Notes: generated from the letters alone by a model not told the origin. DNA of 64,000 nt from Octopus vulgaris (GCA_951406725.2 OX597819.1:73346001-73410000), one strand, 5' to 3'; shown: positions 12,931 to 26,964, numbered from the stretch's first letter. Translations and numbers: made by a program.

Positions 12931-14247
12931 ATTCTATATACACTAATGGACGATATATATAGTCAATATTATCTGCGTAATAACTTCATAATGTTCAGTT
13001 ATCAGCTACCATGGGCCATCATACAGCAGGATTACTCCTTTTACTGTATATACGTGTAGAAATCCATATTTAGTAACCTTTTATAACCGTTTCCATTAGG
13101 CATTACAGATAGGTTTACTCAATTTGTCAATTGAGGTAAAGTGAAAGATCCAAGAAAATTAAGAATATCTTTGTCAGAGCCATAGCTGGAAATAACAAAC
13201 AGAGCACTTGAAGAATGGTTATTGTAGGGGGGGGGGGGGAGATTGGTGTGTTTAAGTAGAAAAGGTGGGAGCAATTGAGGGAGTGGTACTTAGTAGCAGT
13301 AGTAGTTGTAGTAGTATTAGTAGTTGTAGTAGGAGCATTAGAGACAGTCCCAAACATAGGACAGTAACAACCATTATCATATTGGCATTGGATTTAGGAG
13401 GTCAGTCTTCAGCCAATGTTTGTCATCCATGAAGGTAGGAGTTGACAGTTCAACAGGATCTAACAAATTGGAGGATTGTCTTTTGCTCCAATGTCTACTT
13501 TAGCAAGTTTCTACAGTTGGATGCCCTTCCTAATATTAATTACTATATGTATGTATATATGTGTGTATGAGAAAAACGGACATTAAATGATAATGATGAC
13601 GATGATGTAGGCTATATTGCCTGATATTACCCATGGTGGCCAAAGTATACTTCCCAAAATAACCTGTAATACGATGGATAACTCTCTAATGTTGTCCATA
13701 ACATGAAATATGCTTTCCAAACACATGGTTCTGGGTTCAGTCCCACTGTGTAGCACCTTGGGCAAGTGTCTCCTACTATTGCCTCATGCTGACCAAAGCC
13801 TTGTGAATGGATTTGTTAGATGGAAACTGAAAGAACCTCATCATGTGTGTGTATGTTTGTCCTCCACCACTGCTTCACAACCGGTGTTGATTGCTTACAC
13901 CCCTGTAACTTAGTGGTTCAGCAAAAGAGAATGATAGAATAAGAACCACAGTTAAAAAAATAAGTACTGAGGTTGATTAATTTAACTAAAAATTCTTCAA
14001 AGTGGTGCCCCAGCATGGCCACAGTCTAATGACTGAAACAAGTGAAAGATAAAAATGTATGAAAGGATTTAGAAAACATCCCACCAAAACCACTACAGCT
14101 TAAATCACATTAGAAATCAGAAAAACCAACCAAATTCTTATAAGCTACCACCTACATCCTTCCCCTCTGTACCTTAAATCTCTCAACTGGCACAAAGCCA
14201 CATCGCTTTAACCCTTTTTGTTACCATATTTCTGTTGAGATGCTCTA

Positions 14248-15590
14248 TCATCATCATCATCATTGTTTAATGTCCGCTTTCCATGCTAACATGGGTTGGA
14301 CGATTTTGACTGAGGGCTGGCGAACCAGATGGTTGCACCAGGCTCCAATCTTGCTTTGGCAGACTTTCTACAGCTGGATGCCCTTCCTAACGTCAACCAC
14401 TCCTAGAGTGTAGTGGATGCTTTTTACGTGCCACCAGCACAGGGGCCAGTCAGGTGGTACTGGCAACGACCTCGCTCGAATCCTTTTACACATGCCACCA
14501 GCACAGGTGCCAGTAAGGCGACTTTGGTAATGATCACGCTCGAATGGTGCCCTTTTATGTGCCATTGGCACAGAAGCCAGTTGGCTGCTCTGGCAACGAT
14601 CACGCTCGGATGGTGCCCTTTAAGTACCACTGGCACGGAAGCCGATTAGCCGCTCTGTCAATGATCACGCTTGTATGGTGCTCTTTGCACCCAGCCAGCA
14701 TGGACGCCAGTCATCGAATTTGGTTTTGCTTTTGTTTGATTTGATTTCACTTTCCTCAACAGATCTTCGCAAGTAGAGTTTTAGTGTCCAAAGAAGGAAA
14801 AGGTTACGCATAAGTGGGCTGGTTACGCCCCTAGCATAGGCCATGAGATTATGGTTTCATTTGGCTTACCTGGTCTTCTCATGCACGGCATATTTTCAAA
14901 GGTCTTGGTCACTAGACATTTCCTTGGTGAGGCCTAAAGTTCGAAGGTCATGCTTCACCACTTCATCCCAGGTCTTCCTGGGTCTCCGTCTTCCACAGGT
15001 TCCCTCAACCGCTAGGGTGTGGCACTTTTCACACAGCTATCCTCATCCATTCTCACCACATGACCATCCCAACGCAGTCATCTCTCTTGCACACCACATC
15101 TAATGCTTCTTAGGTTCAACTTTTCTCTCAAGGTACTTACACTCTGTCGAGTATGCACACTGACATTACACATTCATCGGATCATACTGGCTTCATTCCT
15201 TGCGAGCTTACGCATGTCCTCAGCAGTCACAGCCCATGTTTCACTGCCATGTAGCATGGCTGTTCATACACAAGCGTCATACAGTCTACCTTTTACTCTG
15301 AGCGAGAGACCCTTTGTTGCCAGCAGAGGTAAGAGCTCACTGAACTTTGCATAAGCTATTCTTATTCTAGCAGCTACACTTTCAGCACACCCACCTCTGC
15401 TACTGACTTGGAAGCTATCAACTACTTCTAGTTTTTCTCCCTGGAATGTGGCAGAAGTTGGTCTCTGCACATTTTCAGTGTTTATTGCACCCGAGCATCT
15501 GCCACATACAAAAATTTTCTTCCCAGTTAGCCTCCCTTTGATATTACTGCACCTCTTATGTGTCCATAGCTTACACTTATAGAGGGTACA
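14248..15590 (-). mobile_element. RTE-clade LINE, 5'-truncated (ORF C-terminus, 3' UTR with tandem units, (ATG)n tail), inserted in a TTAA MITE
   Basis: Minus-strand GEKLEVVDSF...AARIRIAYAKFSELLPLLATKGLSLRVKGRLYDACV and GSETWAVT, typical of the RTE post-RT region. MITE halves on both sides. Confidence 0.88.
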
Positions 15591-15972
15591 TCTGTATTCC
15601 TTTTAATTAATTTTAAATGTAACAAAGAATTTAGAAAAATAACTTAGTTATTAAGCTGGTGTTAGGAACATAAATTGTGACTAAGATTTGGTGGAAGATT
15701 TTAATTCAGAACTTTTGAAAACAAAACATTTGTACTACAGAGCCAGAGCCGGTTTCAGCCAGGTTGGTATCAAAAGGGTTATAAGCTAAAGTGTTAATCT
15801 ACCAGCCTGCACAAAGACACCTCCTTCAGTACTTCTCCATCTCCCAGCTGAGGACTTCTTGTCTTGCAATTTACAAAGCACCAGTGCTAATGTCACATAA
15901 AGAGCACCCAGTGCACTCTTTAACTGTTTTGTTACCATATTTCTGTTGAGTTGCTCTGTGTTTCTTTCAATT

Positions 15973-16525
15973 CATCATCATCATCATCGTTTAACGTCCG
16001 CTTTCCATGCTAGCATGAGTTGGACGGTTCAACTGGGGTCTGGGAAGCCCGAAGGCTGCACCAGGCCAGTCAGATCTGGCAGTGTTTCTACAGCTGGATG
16101 CCCTTCCTAATGCCAACCACTCCGTGAGTGTAGTGTGTGCTTTTTATGTGCCACCGACACAGGTGCCAGATGAGGCTGGCGAACGGCCCCGCTCGGATGG
16201 TGTTTTTATGTGCCACCAACATAGGTGCCAGACGAGGCTGGCGAACGGCCACGCTCGGATGGTGTTTTTATGTGCCACCGACACAGGTGCCAGACGAGGC
16301 TGGTGAACGGCCATGCTCGGATGGTGTTTTTTACGTGCCACCGGCACGGAGGCCAGGCGGGGCTGGCACGGCCACGATCGGATGGTATTTGTTATGTGCC
16401 CACAGCACGGAGGCCAGTCGATGCGGTACTGGCTACGGCCACGTTCGGATGGTTTTCTTATGTGCCACCAGCACTGGTACCACAAAGATACAAATTCCAT
16501 TGATGTTCATCGATTTTGATTTGGT
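15973..16525 (-). mobile_element. RTE 3' UTR fragment with ~62-bp tandem units, inserted in a second TTAA MITE
   Basis: (CAT)n tail plus repeated ggtgtttttatgtgccacc units. MITE halves at 15924-15972 and 16526-16701. Confidence 0.8.
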
Positions 16526-17380
16526 TTGAAATTTTAAATATAATAAAAAATTTCCTAAAAAGCTTAGTTATCATGAAGCTAGTGTTAGGAACATAAATTG
16601 TGACTAAAGTTTGGTGGAAGATTTTAATTCAGAACTTTTGTAAACAAGACATTTGTACTACAGAACCAGGAGTGGTTTCAGCTGGGTTGATATCAAAAGG
16701 GTTAATACTATTCCTCCATTCCCAGGTGAGGAGTTTTTGTTTTGCAAGGTATTTGGTGGCCCTATTGGTGATGGTGCTATGTAAAATGCACCTGTGCAGG
16801 TGCCACATAAAAAGCATGGCCACAGTCTTATGAACGAAACAAGATAAAAGATATTCAAATTAATAATGGCCACTCTGTAAAGTGGTTGGCATTTGAAAGG
16901 GCATCCAGGAGCAGAAACCAAGCTACAACAGGTGACTGGAGCTTGGTGCAATTCCTGGCCTGGTCAGCTCCTGCCAAAACATCCAACCTATGCTGACATG
17001 GAAGACAGACATGATGATGATGATGATGATGCTAAGAGCTTTATTTCCATAAAATGTCGACTTTGAAATTATAAACAAAAGTCAAGGGTTTTAAGTTCTT
17101 CCTGCAACTCCAGTCTAACAGAACCAGTTGGTATAGAGGCAAGCCATAGGATGTCAAAACAAAACAGAGCTAAACTTTGGCTGTCTGAGACAACAGGAGG
17201 CAAGTCTTATCAGAAGAGGGAAATGTATAGAAGAGATGGAAGACTGTGTTGCTGGGTGAGTGGAGGTAAATGGAGAGGAATGGAAAGCTCCCTCGTTAAC
17301 TCAGCCAGGTGAAATCATTCCTCCACTGCTCAAAGACATTAAAGAAAAAAGAAACAAATATTGATGGAAGATTCACTTAC

Positions 17381-17472
17381 CAATATCTGATTCCTTGCTA
17401 TTGAGTACAATGGTAGAGCAGAAGTCTGTGATTGGATGACCTTTCATTCGTTTCTTCCAGTAAAGAATATAT
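17381..17472 (-). CDS. ZNF277: ZNF277 coding exon 3 (K)YILYWKKRMKGHPITDFCSTIVLNSKESDI(G)
   Basis: 92 nt with ttttacag acceptor and gtaagt donor, phase 2 to 1. Resembles ZNF277 YILYWRKRFTEQPITDFCSVIRIN. Confidence 0.94.
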
Positions 17473-20400
17473 CTGTAAAAGATGGATAACTATCAAGGTG
17501 CAGGCATGGCTGTGTGGTAAGAAGTTTGCTCTCCAACCACTTGGTTCTAGATTCAGTCCCACAGCATGGCACCTTTGGCAAGTGTGTTGACCAAAGTCTT
17601 GTGAGAGAATTTGACAGACAAAATTGAAAAAACCCAGTTACACACACACAGTGAGTTAAAAAACATATTAATGCACAAACAAGAAACAGACATGGTCACC
17701 AACCCCTCATCAGTTATCAAGGTCAGCAAGTCAAATGCTGATATATATATATACACACACACATACACATATTTATGTGTGAGTGTGTGTTATTGTGCTT
17801 GTATTTGTTCTTCCCTACCACTATTTGTCAACCAGTGTTGGTGTGTTTACGTCCCTGTAAATTAGCTGTTTGCCAAAAAGAGACCAACAGAATAAGCACC
17901 AGGCTTAAAAAAGTACTGAGGTTGATTCATCATTATCGTTTAACGTCCGTTTTCCATGCTGGCATGGGTTGGATGGTTTAACTGGGTCTGGAAAGCCAGG
18001 AGGCTGCATCAGGCTCCAGTCTAATCTGGCAGTGTTTCTACAGCTGGATGCCCTTCCTTATGCCAACCACTCCGAGAGTGTAGTGGATGCTTTTTATGTG
18101 CCACTGGCACAGGGGCCTAAATAGCTGGCATCAAGGTGCCAGAGAAGTTGACTAAAAATGCTTTAAGGCAGTGCTCCAGCATGGCCACAGTCTTATGAAC
18201 GAAACAAGATAAAAGATATTCAAATTAATAATGGCCAACTCAATAGAGTTTGCTGACAACCAACTGAAGGGTTGTTGGTCCCTAGGATAGTGGTGAGTGC
18301 TAGGGATCAGCAATCTTTCACAGGTCCCTGGCACTGTGTTGCACCAGGGTCCAAGACAACACTCAATAGGCTAAGTTCACCTTACTCTAAGTTGGCAACA
18401 GAGGTTGGAATTAACTATTGCAGGCAGTAATGTCATTGTTTTGTTTTGTGTGTGGAAGGGCATCCAGCTGTAGAAACTTTACCAGATCAGATTGGAGCCA
18501 GGTGCACCCTTCTGGCTTGCCAGTCCTCAGTTAAACCATCCAACCCTTGCCAGCATGGAAAGCAGACATTAAACGACAACGATGATGATGTGTATAAGGA
18601 CATTGAATATCATGGAGAAGATGACAAAGGACTAGAATGACAAAGGACTAGAATGACTGGTGATACAGTGGTCTCACAAATACTCAGCCGTCTCAGCAAA
18701 ACTGAAATCCGGTAGTGCCACGTGTACGTGTGTGTGTGTGTATATGTATATATCATCATCATCATCATTTAATGACTGTTGTCCATGCTGGCATGGGTTG
18801 GCAAGCTGGGGAGCTTGGGAGCTTACCCAGGCTCCAGTCTGACTTGGCATGATTTCTACTGCTGGATCCTGGATGTCCTTCTTAATGCCAACCATTTTAC
18901 AGGGTGTGCTGGGTGATTTTAACATGGCACTGCACAGTCGCTTTTACGTGATGCTGCATGGGTGCATTTATGTGGTGTCACACAGGTGCCTTTATGTGGT
19001 GCTGCACAGGTGCTTTTAAATGGTTCCACATGAGATTTTTTACATGGCACCACCACCACCACCACACACACACACACATACACAAGTGAGTGGACAAACG
19101 AAAGAAAGGGTCACTCAACACATTTAGTAGGAGTTAATAACAGTTTGATTTGGCTTTGTGCAACTTAAAAGTTTTGTGGGTTCGTAAAACGAACCTAACT
19201 CTTTAGGTTTACATAACCAAAAGGAGAAAGTTCAAGATGGCTACTGCAGATTGAGCTGCCATTGGTCATGACAGGTCACATGGTGTCGTTGATCTTAGCA
19301 TTCATATCAAAATATAGATATTCTAATCTATGTTTTAGGACCACATGGTTGGACAAGAAATTGGTGGTGCCTCATTGTCAAGGGAATAAAGAAAGAATTG
19401 TAGCGATACCAGTTGCCAGAATGTATCTGCTGTGCGTGTGTTGGCAGCATCAGCACTGTGTATATGTGCCTGGGTGTGAATGTGTATAAGTTCTGTGTAT
19501 ATATATATATGTGCAATGGTATCTGCTGTATGCATGCATGTGTTTTTCCATGCATGTACGAGTGTGTGTACATATGAATATGTCTGGTACATGTGTACGT
19601 GCATATCACTGTATTTATGTGTCTGTGCGTGCGAGTCTGCAAGGGAAGACATGGTACAAACTGGAGAAAAATGATCTTCGAATGTTGAGCCTGGCAGAGA
19701 TGACAACAAAAGATGAACATGATTAGCGATTTGCTGTGCTTGAAAAAACCCATCTATCGAAATAAAACCACAGCCATAAAGACATTTTCTTTACGTCCAG
19801 GTTCCTACACACAATCTATCCCCGACTAACCCCTTTCCCACATTCCACCTTCCTAACCTTCCTTCCCATTGGTGTTCATCACTTGCCATATCCCTCTCCC
19901 TTCTAATCACCCACCTGCATACCATACAATTCTATTGAATCTCTTCCCCAACAACATATCCTCCAACCTCCCCACCTCCCCTTGAAATCTTGTGAACTTA
20001 CCCACCCACTCCACCCTATTCAACCCTTGGTTCCACTTCTATACATCCCTATCTCTGTAACTTGAGCATACCCCTGTCACATCTCTCTCTCTTTTCAGTG
20101 GATGTGGCCAGGTATTTCCTCTAAAGCAAGGCACCTATTTCTGACCCCCTATTATACCTTAATCTCTCTTAACCTGGTACAAAGCAATCCCTCTCAATAC
20201 TGTTCCCCCTACTCAGTCAAGTTACTTGGTGACCTTGTTTGTGCTGGTGCCACATAAAAAGCCCCTAGTACACCATTCTGTAAAGGGGTTGGCATTAGGA
20301 AGGGCCCCCAGCTCTAGAAAGCCTATCAGGACAATTACCCCCTCTCCAATATATTAAGAATTTTAAATCATCATCTGTTGTCCTCAGGGGGTAAATGTCC

Positions 20401-20859
20401 TAGACTCCTAGAAAGCATGTTAAAGCAGCTAGCAGCACAGTCATCTGATTTAGCTTCCTGTCAAACCATCCAACTCATGCCAATAAGGAAAGGAAACATC
20501 AAATGGTTATATCATCATCATCATCGTTTAATGTCTGCTTTCCAGTCAAGTGGTACTGGCAATGTCCACGCTCAAATGGTACTTTTTATGTGCCACCTGC
20601 ACAGGAGCTAATTCACTTTGGTGAGTGAAAAAAGCACCTCCTTCTGAGTGTTATTAACACACACATATACGTAGTACTCTCCTAAGATGCAAGGTTGATC
20701 CCAATGAAATCTGAACTCAAATTGTAAGAGGATATAACAAAATACTGCAAAATGGTTTTTTGTGTCTTGCTCTACCAGTTCTGCCACTCCACCCTTCTTC
20801 CTCCTTTTTGCCATCTCTAATGAGGAATTTTGAAGAGAAGAAAGAGAAAAGAAACTTAC

Positions 20860-21124
20860 TTTTTTAAGTTGGCAATTAATTTAACATCTGCAACGACAAG
20901 TTTGTGAGAGATGATCAAGTGTCGAAGTAACGAGTCCTTGTCTTGTGAAATGTTGACAGTGTAAGTACAGAAAATACAAGAACAAAGATCCTCTGATGTC
21001 TGTGACTGACTGGCTTCATCCTCCACTGACAATGTGTCTTGCTTGTTGTCATCTGTGTCATCAACAGCATTACTATCAGGAAGGGTTAAACACAATGTTT
21101 CAAGAACTGGTAGCTCACCAATCT
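20860..21124 (-). CDS. ZNF277: ZNF277 coding exon 2 (E)IGELPVLETL...CIFC...LLRHLIISHKLVVADVKLIANLK(K)
   Basis: 265 nt within track ORF 20856..21227, with ccctag acceptor and gtaagt donor, phase 1 to 2. CIFC..H..H plus KLVVADVKLIA resembles ZNF277 CIFC...HMIIEHKIVIADVKLVA. Confidence 0.93.
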
Positions 21125-22757
21125 CTAGGGAGAACAAAGAAACAATTCTGTTAATGATTATCATAACTGACACAACAGACATTATTATTATTAGTATTAT
21201 GCCTTCCTCCCCACAATCTCTAAACACTTCCCATCACCCTCTTATGAAACATTCCTCTCTATTATTTATATTCACCCTCCCCACTGTACCTTGTGGGTAT
21301 GTCCCTGGTACATCTCTGCCACCATTTATTTCTTTATATATTTCATTCTAACTACCTCTTCTCTCTCCTTTCTTTTCCTACTGGGGTAGCCAAGTATCTC
21401 CTCTACAGTAAGACACCTATCTCTATCCCTCTATTATAATTTAAACTCTCAACAGGCACAAATCCACCTCCCTCATCACTCCCTCTTCCAGACAAGGGAC
21501 CTTTGTCTTGCAAGTTACTTGATGACCCCTGTGGGATCCAATTAAAAACCAAACTTGGAAATGGATTGTGTCCGTATTGGCTGTGGTGCACACATTGTGC
21601 CCAAATATCTCCAAACTGTTGTCAAAGTATTACCTATTAATACCAAAGCTCAATAATTATGAAAATTTTCAATTTTTTAACTTATACACAGTTCATGTAA
21701 CACAGCTAGAGGAATTTTGTGACTTTGAGTGGAATACATAAAAAAAAAATTAACAACATGGTAATACCAAATTTTGTCAATACTACAAGCATTTAAAATA
21801 GATATTCTTCACATTTTTGTTGGTTTGAAATATTACTTTTATATACACCAAATGGGAATATATTGCCTCAGATGGTCACATTTGGAAATCTAACAGGAAA
21901 AGTATAATGACAGTTGCTTTTGATAAGACGCTACGGAGGAGGAGGTGGTTGAAGATTCTACTTCCTTGACCCTTCCAGGAAGAGTGAGTGAAGAACACCA
22001 GAATAGACAGCTCAGCCTTGCCTTTTCAACAAAGTGATTCTGGCCACGGAAAAGGTCAATGTCACAATGTAAAACCTAAATACAAACACAGAAAAAGGAA
22101 AAAACTGTGAAAGGTTTTACTGTGTAAAGGCCTTATTGAGAAAACTCGAAGAAAAACGACGAAAGTATGGAAAAAGCGAAGAAAAAAGTTTTAAAGTTTT
22201 AAAACGAAAAATGTCAGTTTTAACTGGTGCCGGTTTTAACTCTGAAAATTATGGTAAGCCAACAAATAGTGTCTGTTTGCAATTATTTATCAACGGAAAG
22301 CTTCACTAATTTCCTCGGAATCTATTGAATTCGATATTAAAATATATATTCTACTTTAACGAGTTTGAATGAACAAATCGCTTACAATACTATATATTAA
22401 CTGAGAAATAAAATGATAACAAATTAAACGGAGTTTTTTTTTGTTTTCTTTTTTAATAGCTTTCACAACTTTATGGGGAAAGAATAAAAGATAAGAAATT
22501 GGCGAGAAAAAAGGTACCGATTGGAAATTTTGGGGGAGAAAAATTCTTTCGGAATCGTATTTTCCGTTGTATGAAGCAAGAATACTGAATAATGAAAGAA
22601 AAAACAGCAGCTACTGCTGTACCGTTTCCCTTCCCAATGAGGTAGAGATAACTATTCTAACACTTCAAGAATTATTGTAAGTTGTAAATGGTAAAATAGT
22701 TTTCTTTTCATTTGTTTCTTCTTTTTACCACGCTGAGAAAACAATTGGACTACAAAC

Positions 22758-22776
22758 CTTCACCGCAAGAAGCCAT
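22758..22776 (-). CDS. ZNF277: ZNF277 putative first coding exon MASCGE(E)
   Basis: gtcATGG start and 19 nt followed by a gtttgt donor. Phase 1 fits exon 2. Lies in a repeat-free, relatively CpG-retaining region. Confidence 0.65.
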
Positions 22777-22980
22777 GACATACGGTGACAATATTGTAGT
22801 TATCCCTCTTAAATAATCTTCCGAGCAGACCTGGATGGAAGCGAGAAGGAAATAGATTTAATTTGCTAAAACGAGAGAATTAATAGAAAGAAAACTTTCG
22901 ATCTTCTCGTATAAAATTTAACGGAAGGACGGAAAATAATTAGTTTTCATCATTGCTAGAATTATGGTGTAAGCGGATAC
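22777..22980 (-). promoter_or_regulatory. Putative ZNF277 5' UTR/promoter
   Basis: Repeat-free, CpG-retaining stretch upstream of the putative ATG. Contains an ACTACAA motif (minus strand, ~22795-22801) reminiscent of ZNF143-associated housekeeping promoters. Confidence 0.35.
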
Positions 22981-23149
22981 AAATACCTGAGTTTATGATA
23001 TTAGCAATCGATAAGGATTGGTGTTAAGGATAAAGTAAGGTATATTGATAAGTAATTTTTAATTTACTTACAGAATCACAAATTTTGGAAGAGGGGATGA
23101 TGTTGATTTAATCCACCTCCGTAATAAATTGATATTTGATCGATCAGAG

Positions 23150-24040
23150 AAGAAGGAAAGATAAATTTGATACCTATGAGATTTCAACTTATGACATATG
23201 TAATATGGCAAAGTATGTTGAAGTTGAAGAGAGCTTGGCCACCCCATAGCCACTAAGCAGAGAAAGATCTGCCTCCCTTCTCTGCTAAAGGAAGGTGGTG
23301 CATCACTCATTGCTATACACTCAACAGGCAGCTGTATTTGTTTTACATGAGACAGCAGCTGCTCCACACAAACCTACAAGTCTAGTGCAAGGGCACTGAA
23401 CAATTGCATGCAGGATGGTTTCATCCCCCTGCATGCATCTTCTGCAGATTCAGCTGTTGGCACTTCCATGCTTGAAGAGCTTGTCTTGAACAGATAATGC
23501 TTCCCCATTGCTGTAGCACTGCCATGCCAAAGACTTTTGGACTTTGACCTGAAAATCTTCCAGAAGAGACCACTTGGATTGTCAATGCTGAGAGTCAATC
23601 CTAGGCCACAATATAGGATTGTGACAGACTCATACCTTCAACTAGCCCTCTCAAGAAATTTTGAGTCGTTTCCCTGCTAATGGTTTTGTCCAGCTGGTCC
23701 AATGCAGTGAGCACCTGGCAACACTCTAGACACCAAATGCTTGATCTTGGTCTATGTTTTACCCATGATTGCAGTTCAGTCAATGAGACAAGCTGCAGAA
23801 AGATTTGTGACATGAAGGATGCCCACACTGGTTTGCCCTTTTCTTTTTGGTCACTGTTGCTCACACCATTGCAATGATCTAGATATTTCTGCAAGTGTGA
23901 CAGCCTCAATGCATGGTAATGCATCATCAAGGACAACATCCCTAGACCACCAGGGAGTTGGTGTTGACAGCAGATGGATTTTCTGACCAGTGGAACCTGA
24001 GCCTTCCATAAAAATCAAAAAAGCAAGCACTCAAGTGTGG
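23150..24040 (-). mobile_element. L1/Tx1-clade LINE ORF2 C-terminal fragment, decayed
   Basis: Minus-strand FLWKAQVPLVRKSICCQHQLPGGLGM..MMHYHALRLSHLQ, a C..DETILHAIVQCP Cys-rich motif, and VEQLLSHV...IFLCLVAM. Confidence 0.75.
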
Positions 24041-24699
24041 CCAGAGTTTCTTGGGGGGTGCTTATGATTCTGCCCCCCCCTACCCCACCCACATTAAAAG
24101 TTCACAGTTCAACTTTCCGATGTTGTAGATATAAGTCCATAAGTCCTTAGGTGCAATCCTAAGTAAGTCCACGTGGGTTAAAGTCCTGATATTGTAAACA
24201 TCCAGAAAAATAGATGTGAACATATCATTCAATAACAGAATGGTAGTGGAGGTGGCTGTTAAGTGGTGAAAGGAAAGAAAAGTAAATAAATAGAAAAAGA
24301 GGTAGATAGAGTGAGGGGAGAAGTTAAGGATTGGTGTTAAGGATAAAGTAAGGTATATAAGCATATAGTGTCTAAGAATATGGTGTACAAGGTTAGCTGA
24401 GAAGATAAGAGAGAGGATGAGGGGGTAGAGAAGGATAAGGTAATAAGATAAATAAAAAAGAGAGTAGTAGGGGTTAGTGGTATTCTTGTAGTCTGTAGGG
24501 GTTGGGGAGGAAATCTAGTAGTAAATACTTGTGTCCATTCTTGCTAAGGTCAGTGGCTGTAGAGTTATTTTTAGCAATGGAGTTATGGGTGTGTAGGTAG
24601 TCAGAAATGAAGGAACTAGTTGAATGTTAGAGAGTTAGAATTTAATATTAGGGGATTTATTGGGTTAAGGTTTAATATTTATCTCATAAAGTGATGAGG

Positions 24700-25300
24700 T
24701 AAGGTAGATAGAAGAGATATAGAGGGGTATGTGTTAATGATCGTGGAGGTTTGTATGTAGGTGTCACTCAAGGGAGTGAGCTTGCATTTAGATTTATGAA
24801 AAAAATTGTGATTACACGTAGTGAAGGCTTCATTGTGTTTATTAAGCAATTGTGGTAAGTTATGGGTTAAAATTTTGAGGGTTTCTTTTCAGCAGTCCAC
24901 AAATGAAGTGTTGGCTCTGATATGGGATACCTGACTCTATTATAGCCCAGGAAAGTTTATATTGTATTTTTCTACTAAGTAGATAGTGTATGTGGCTGGC
25001 TAGTGATGTGGAATTGCTATTCTCTTTATATTTAAATGAATTTGAATGTGCATAATATCTTTGTTTAAAATTTGTGGTAGATCCAATGTAGTAGCTATAG
25101 GAGTTATTTACTATGTTGTGAATGGTGCATTGGTATACGATGTTGAATCTTCTGCATTGGGCAGTCTGTCCTAGATCTGAAGTTGCAGCTATCAGTTCTA
25201 CAATGGTTAATTGGTGAGACTGAGATGAGGTAGTGCTGGTAGTGGCTAGGAAATGTATTAGGTGAATTGATCATGATATCGCTGTTATTATTGCTGTCAT
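24700..25300 (-). mobile_element. Penelope-like element, decayed GIY-YIG endonuclease region
   Basis: Minus-strand CNFRSRTDCP...IVYQCTI...YYIGSTTNFKQR..YAHSNSFKYKENSNSTSLASHI, read across frameshifts. Confidence 0.65.
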
Positions 25301-26964
25301 TTCTATTCATCTACACCAAATATAGAATCTATTATCACCTCATCTAACAAACGTAAACTTAGCCCTTAATATCTAAATACATACAACTCTACCATAAACC
25401 TACACAATGAAAACACTAACACTGATCACAATAACATATGTAATATCCCTGGCCCTACCACTTTAAACAGCCCAAACATACATAATATAGTCCCCACCTC
25501 GGAGGGTAATGGGTGCGCAGCTGAAACTGATGCTAACACTAATAGACACACTGATACTAACAATACTAACTATATTATAACAACTACAACTAATAATACC
25601 TATAATACCTTCTGCACCAATAAACTACTATTGTTCCTGAAAGTTGCTTTTTTTAATACCTGTTATGGACTGCTTGAAGCTTACTAATTTCCGACACCTG
25701 GATCCTTGGATCTTATCTTTACATATCATTATATGTTCATGTGTGTGTATTTGTGTATGTGTGTGTGTGTGTGTGTGCGTGTTAGGAAGGGCATCCAGCT
25801 GTAGAAACACTGCCAGATCTGACTGGCCTGGTGCAGCCTTCGGGCTTGCCAGACCCCAGTTGAACCGTCCAACCCATGCTAGCATGGAAAGCGGAGGTTA
25901 AACGATGATGATGATGATGATGATATATATATATGTATATGTATATATACATACATACGTACATACATACACACGCATACACATATACATACATATCATC
26001 ATCATCATCATCATTTAATGTCCGTTTTCCATGCTGGCATGGGTTGGACTGTTTGACAGGACTGGTGAGCCAGGAGGCTGCACCAGGCTCCAATCTGATC
26101 TGACAAAGTTTCTACAGCTGGATGCCATTCCTAACACCAACCACTCCGAGAGTGTAGTGGGTGCTTTTTACATGCCACCGGCACGAGGCCAGTCAGGCGC
26201 AGTTCTGGCAACGACCATGCTTGAAAGGTGTTTTTTACCTGCTACCTGCACAGGAGCCAGTCTGGCAGCATTGGCAACGATCACACTCGAATGTTGTTTT
26301 TCCCATGCCACCAGCACAAGTGACAGTAAGGCAATATATATATACATGTATAATGGGCGTGGCTATATGATTGAGAAGTTTAAGATATTTAAATATTTAT
26401 CTATATATTTATTTGTCTGTCTGTTTCCCTAACTACATGATCTCTCCCTCTCTCTCTCCTTATATATATATATATATCCTCAGTAAGTTTCTGTTCTTGA
26501 GTATTTTTAAATAACAACTTGACATTAATAATGAAGTTAACATAACTATTCTCTCCCTGTCTCTCTCACACACACACACACACACATGCATGCACACACA
26601 CACACACATGCATGCACACACACACATGCATGCACGCACACACACATTTACATATATGTATTTATATCCACACCACCCAATCATCAGAATTTCCATTGTT
26701 ACGTTGCCTTGTGTTTCTGAGGGTGCGATAACTAGTTTAAAGAATCATGTGACAATTTCCTGTTGTAGTTGATTCACAATTTCCTGTTACAGTTAAGCTG
26801 TTTTTTTTCTTTTTTCTTTTTTTTTTCCCAAGCCTTCTCATGTCTCAATTATTTTAGATCACTTAAAATACTCTTGGTGCACAGTTCTAGTAGTGGAAAG
26901 AAAAAAAAAAACTAGGACACATTGCATTGGATTGGGTAAAAGTTAATTGTAGTTAGAAAGTATT

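Noticed and set aside
16130-16480. CRISPR-like repeat/spacer periodicity (also at 27260, 63050 and 14410)
   Set aside because: The spacers are homologous to each other, the arrays lie in RTE 3' UTRs, the context is eukaryotic, and there are no cas genes.
17690-17730. Minus-strand CTGATGAG hammerhead core
   Set aside because: No closing stem II or GAAA follows it.
22220-22256. pogo-like terminal repeat (...tctgaaaattatggta)
   Set aside because: No partner TIR or transposase remnant could be identified.
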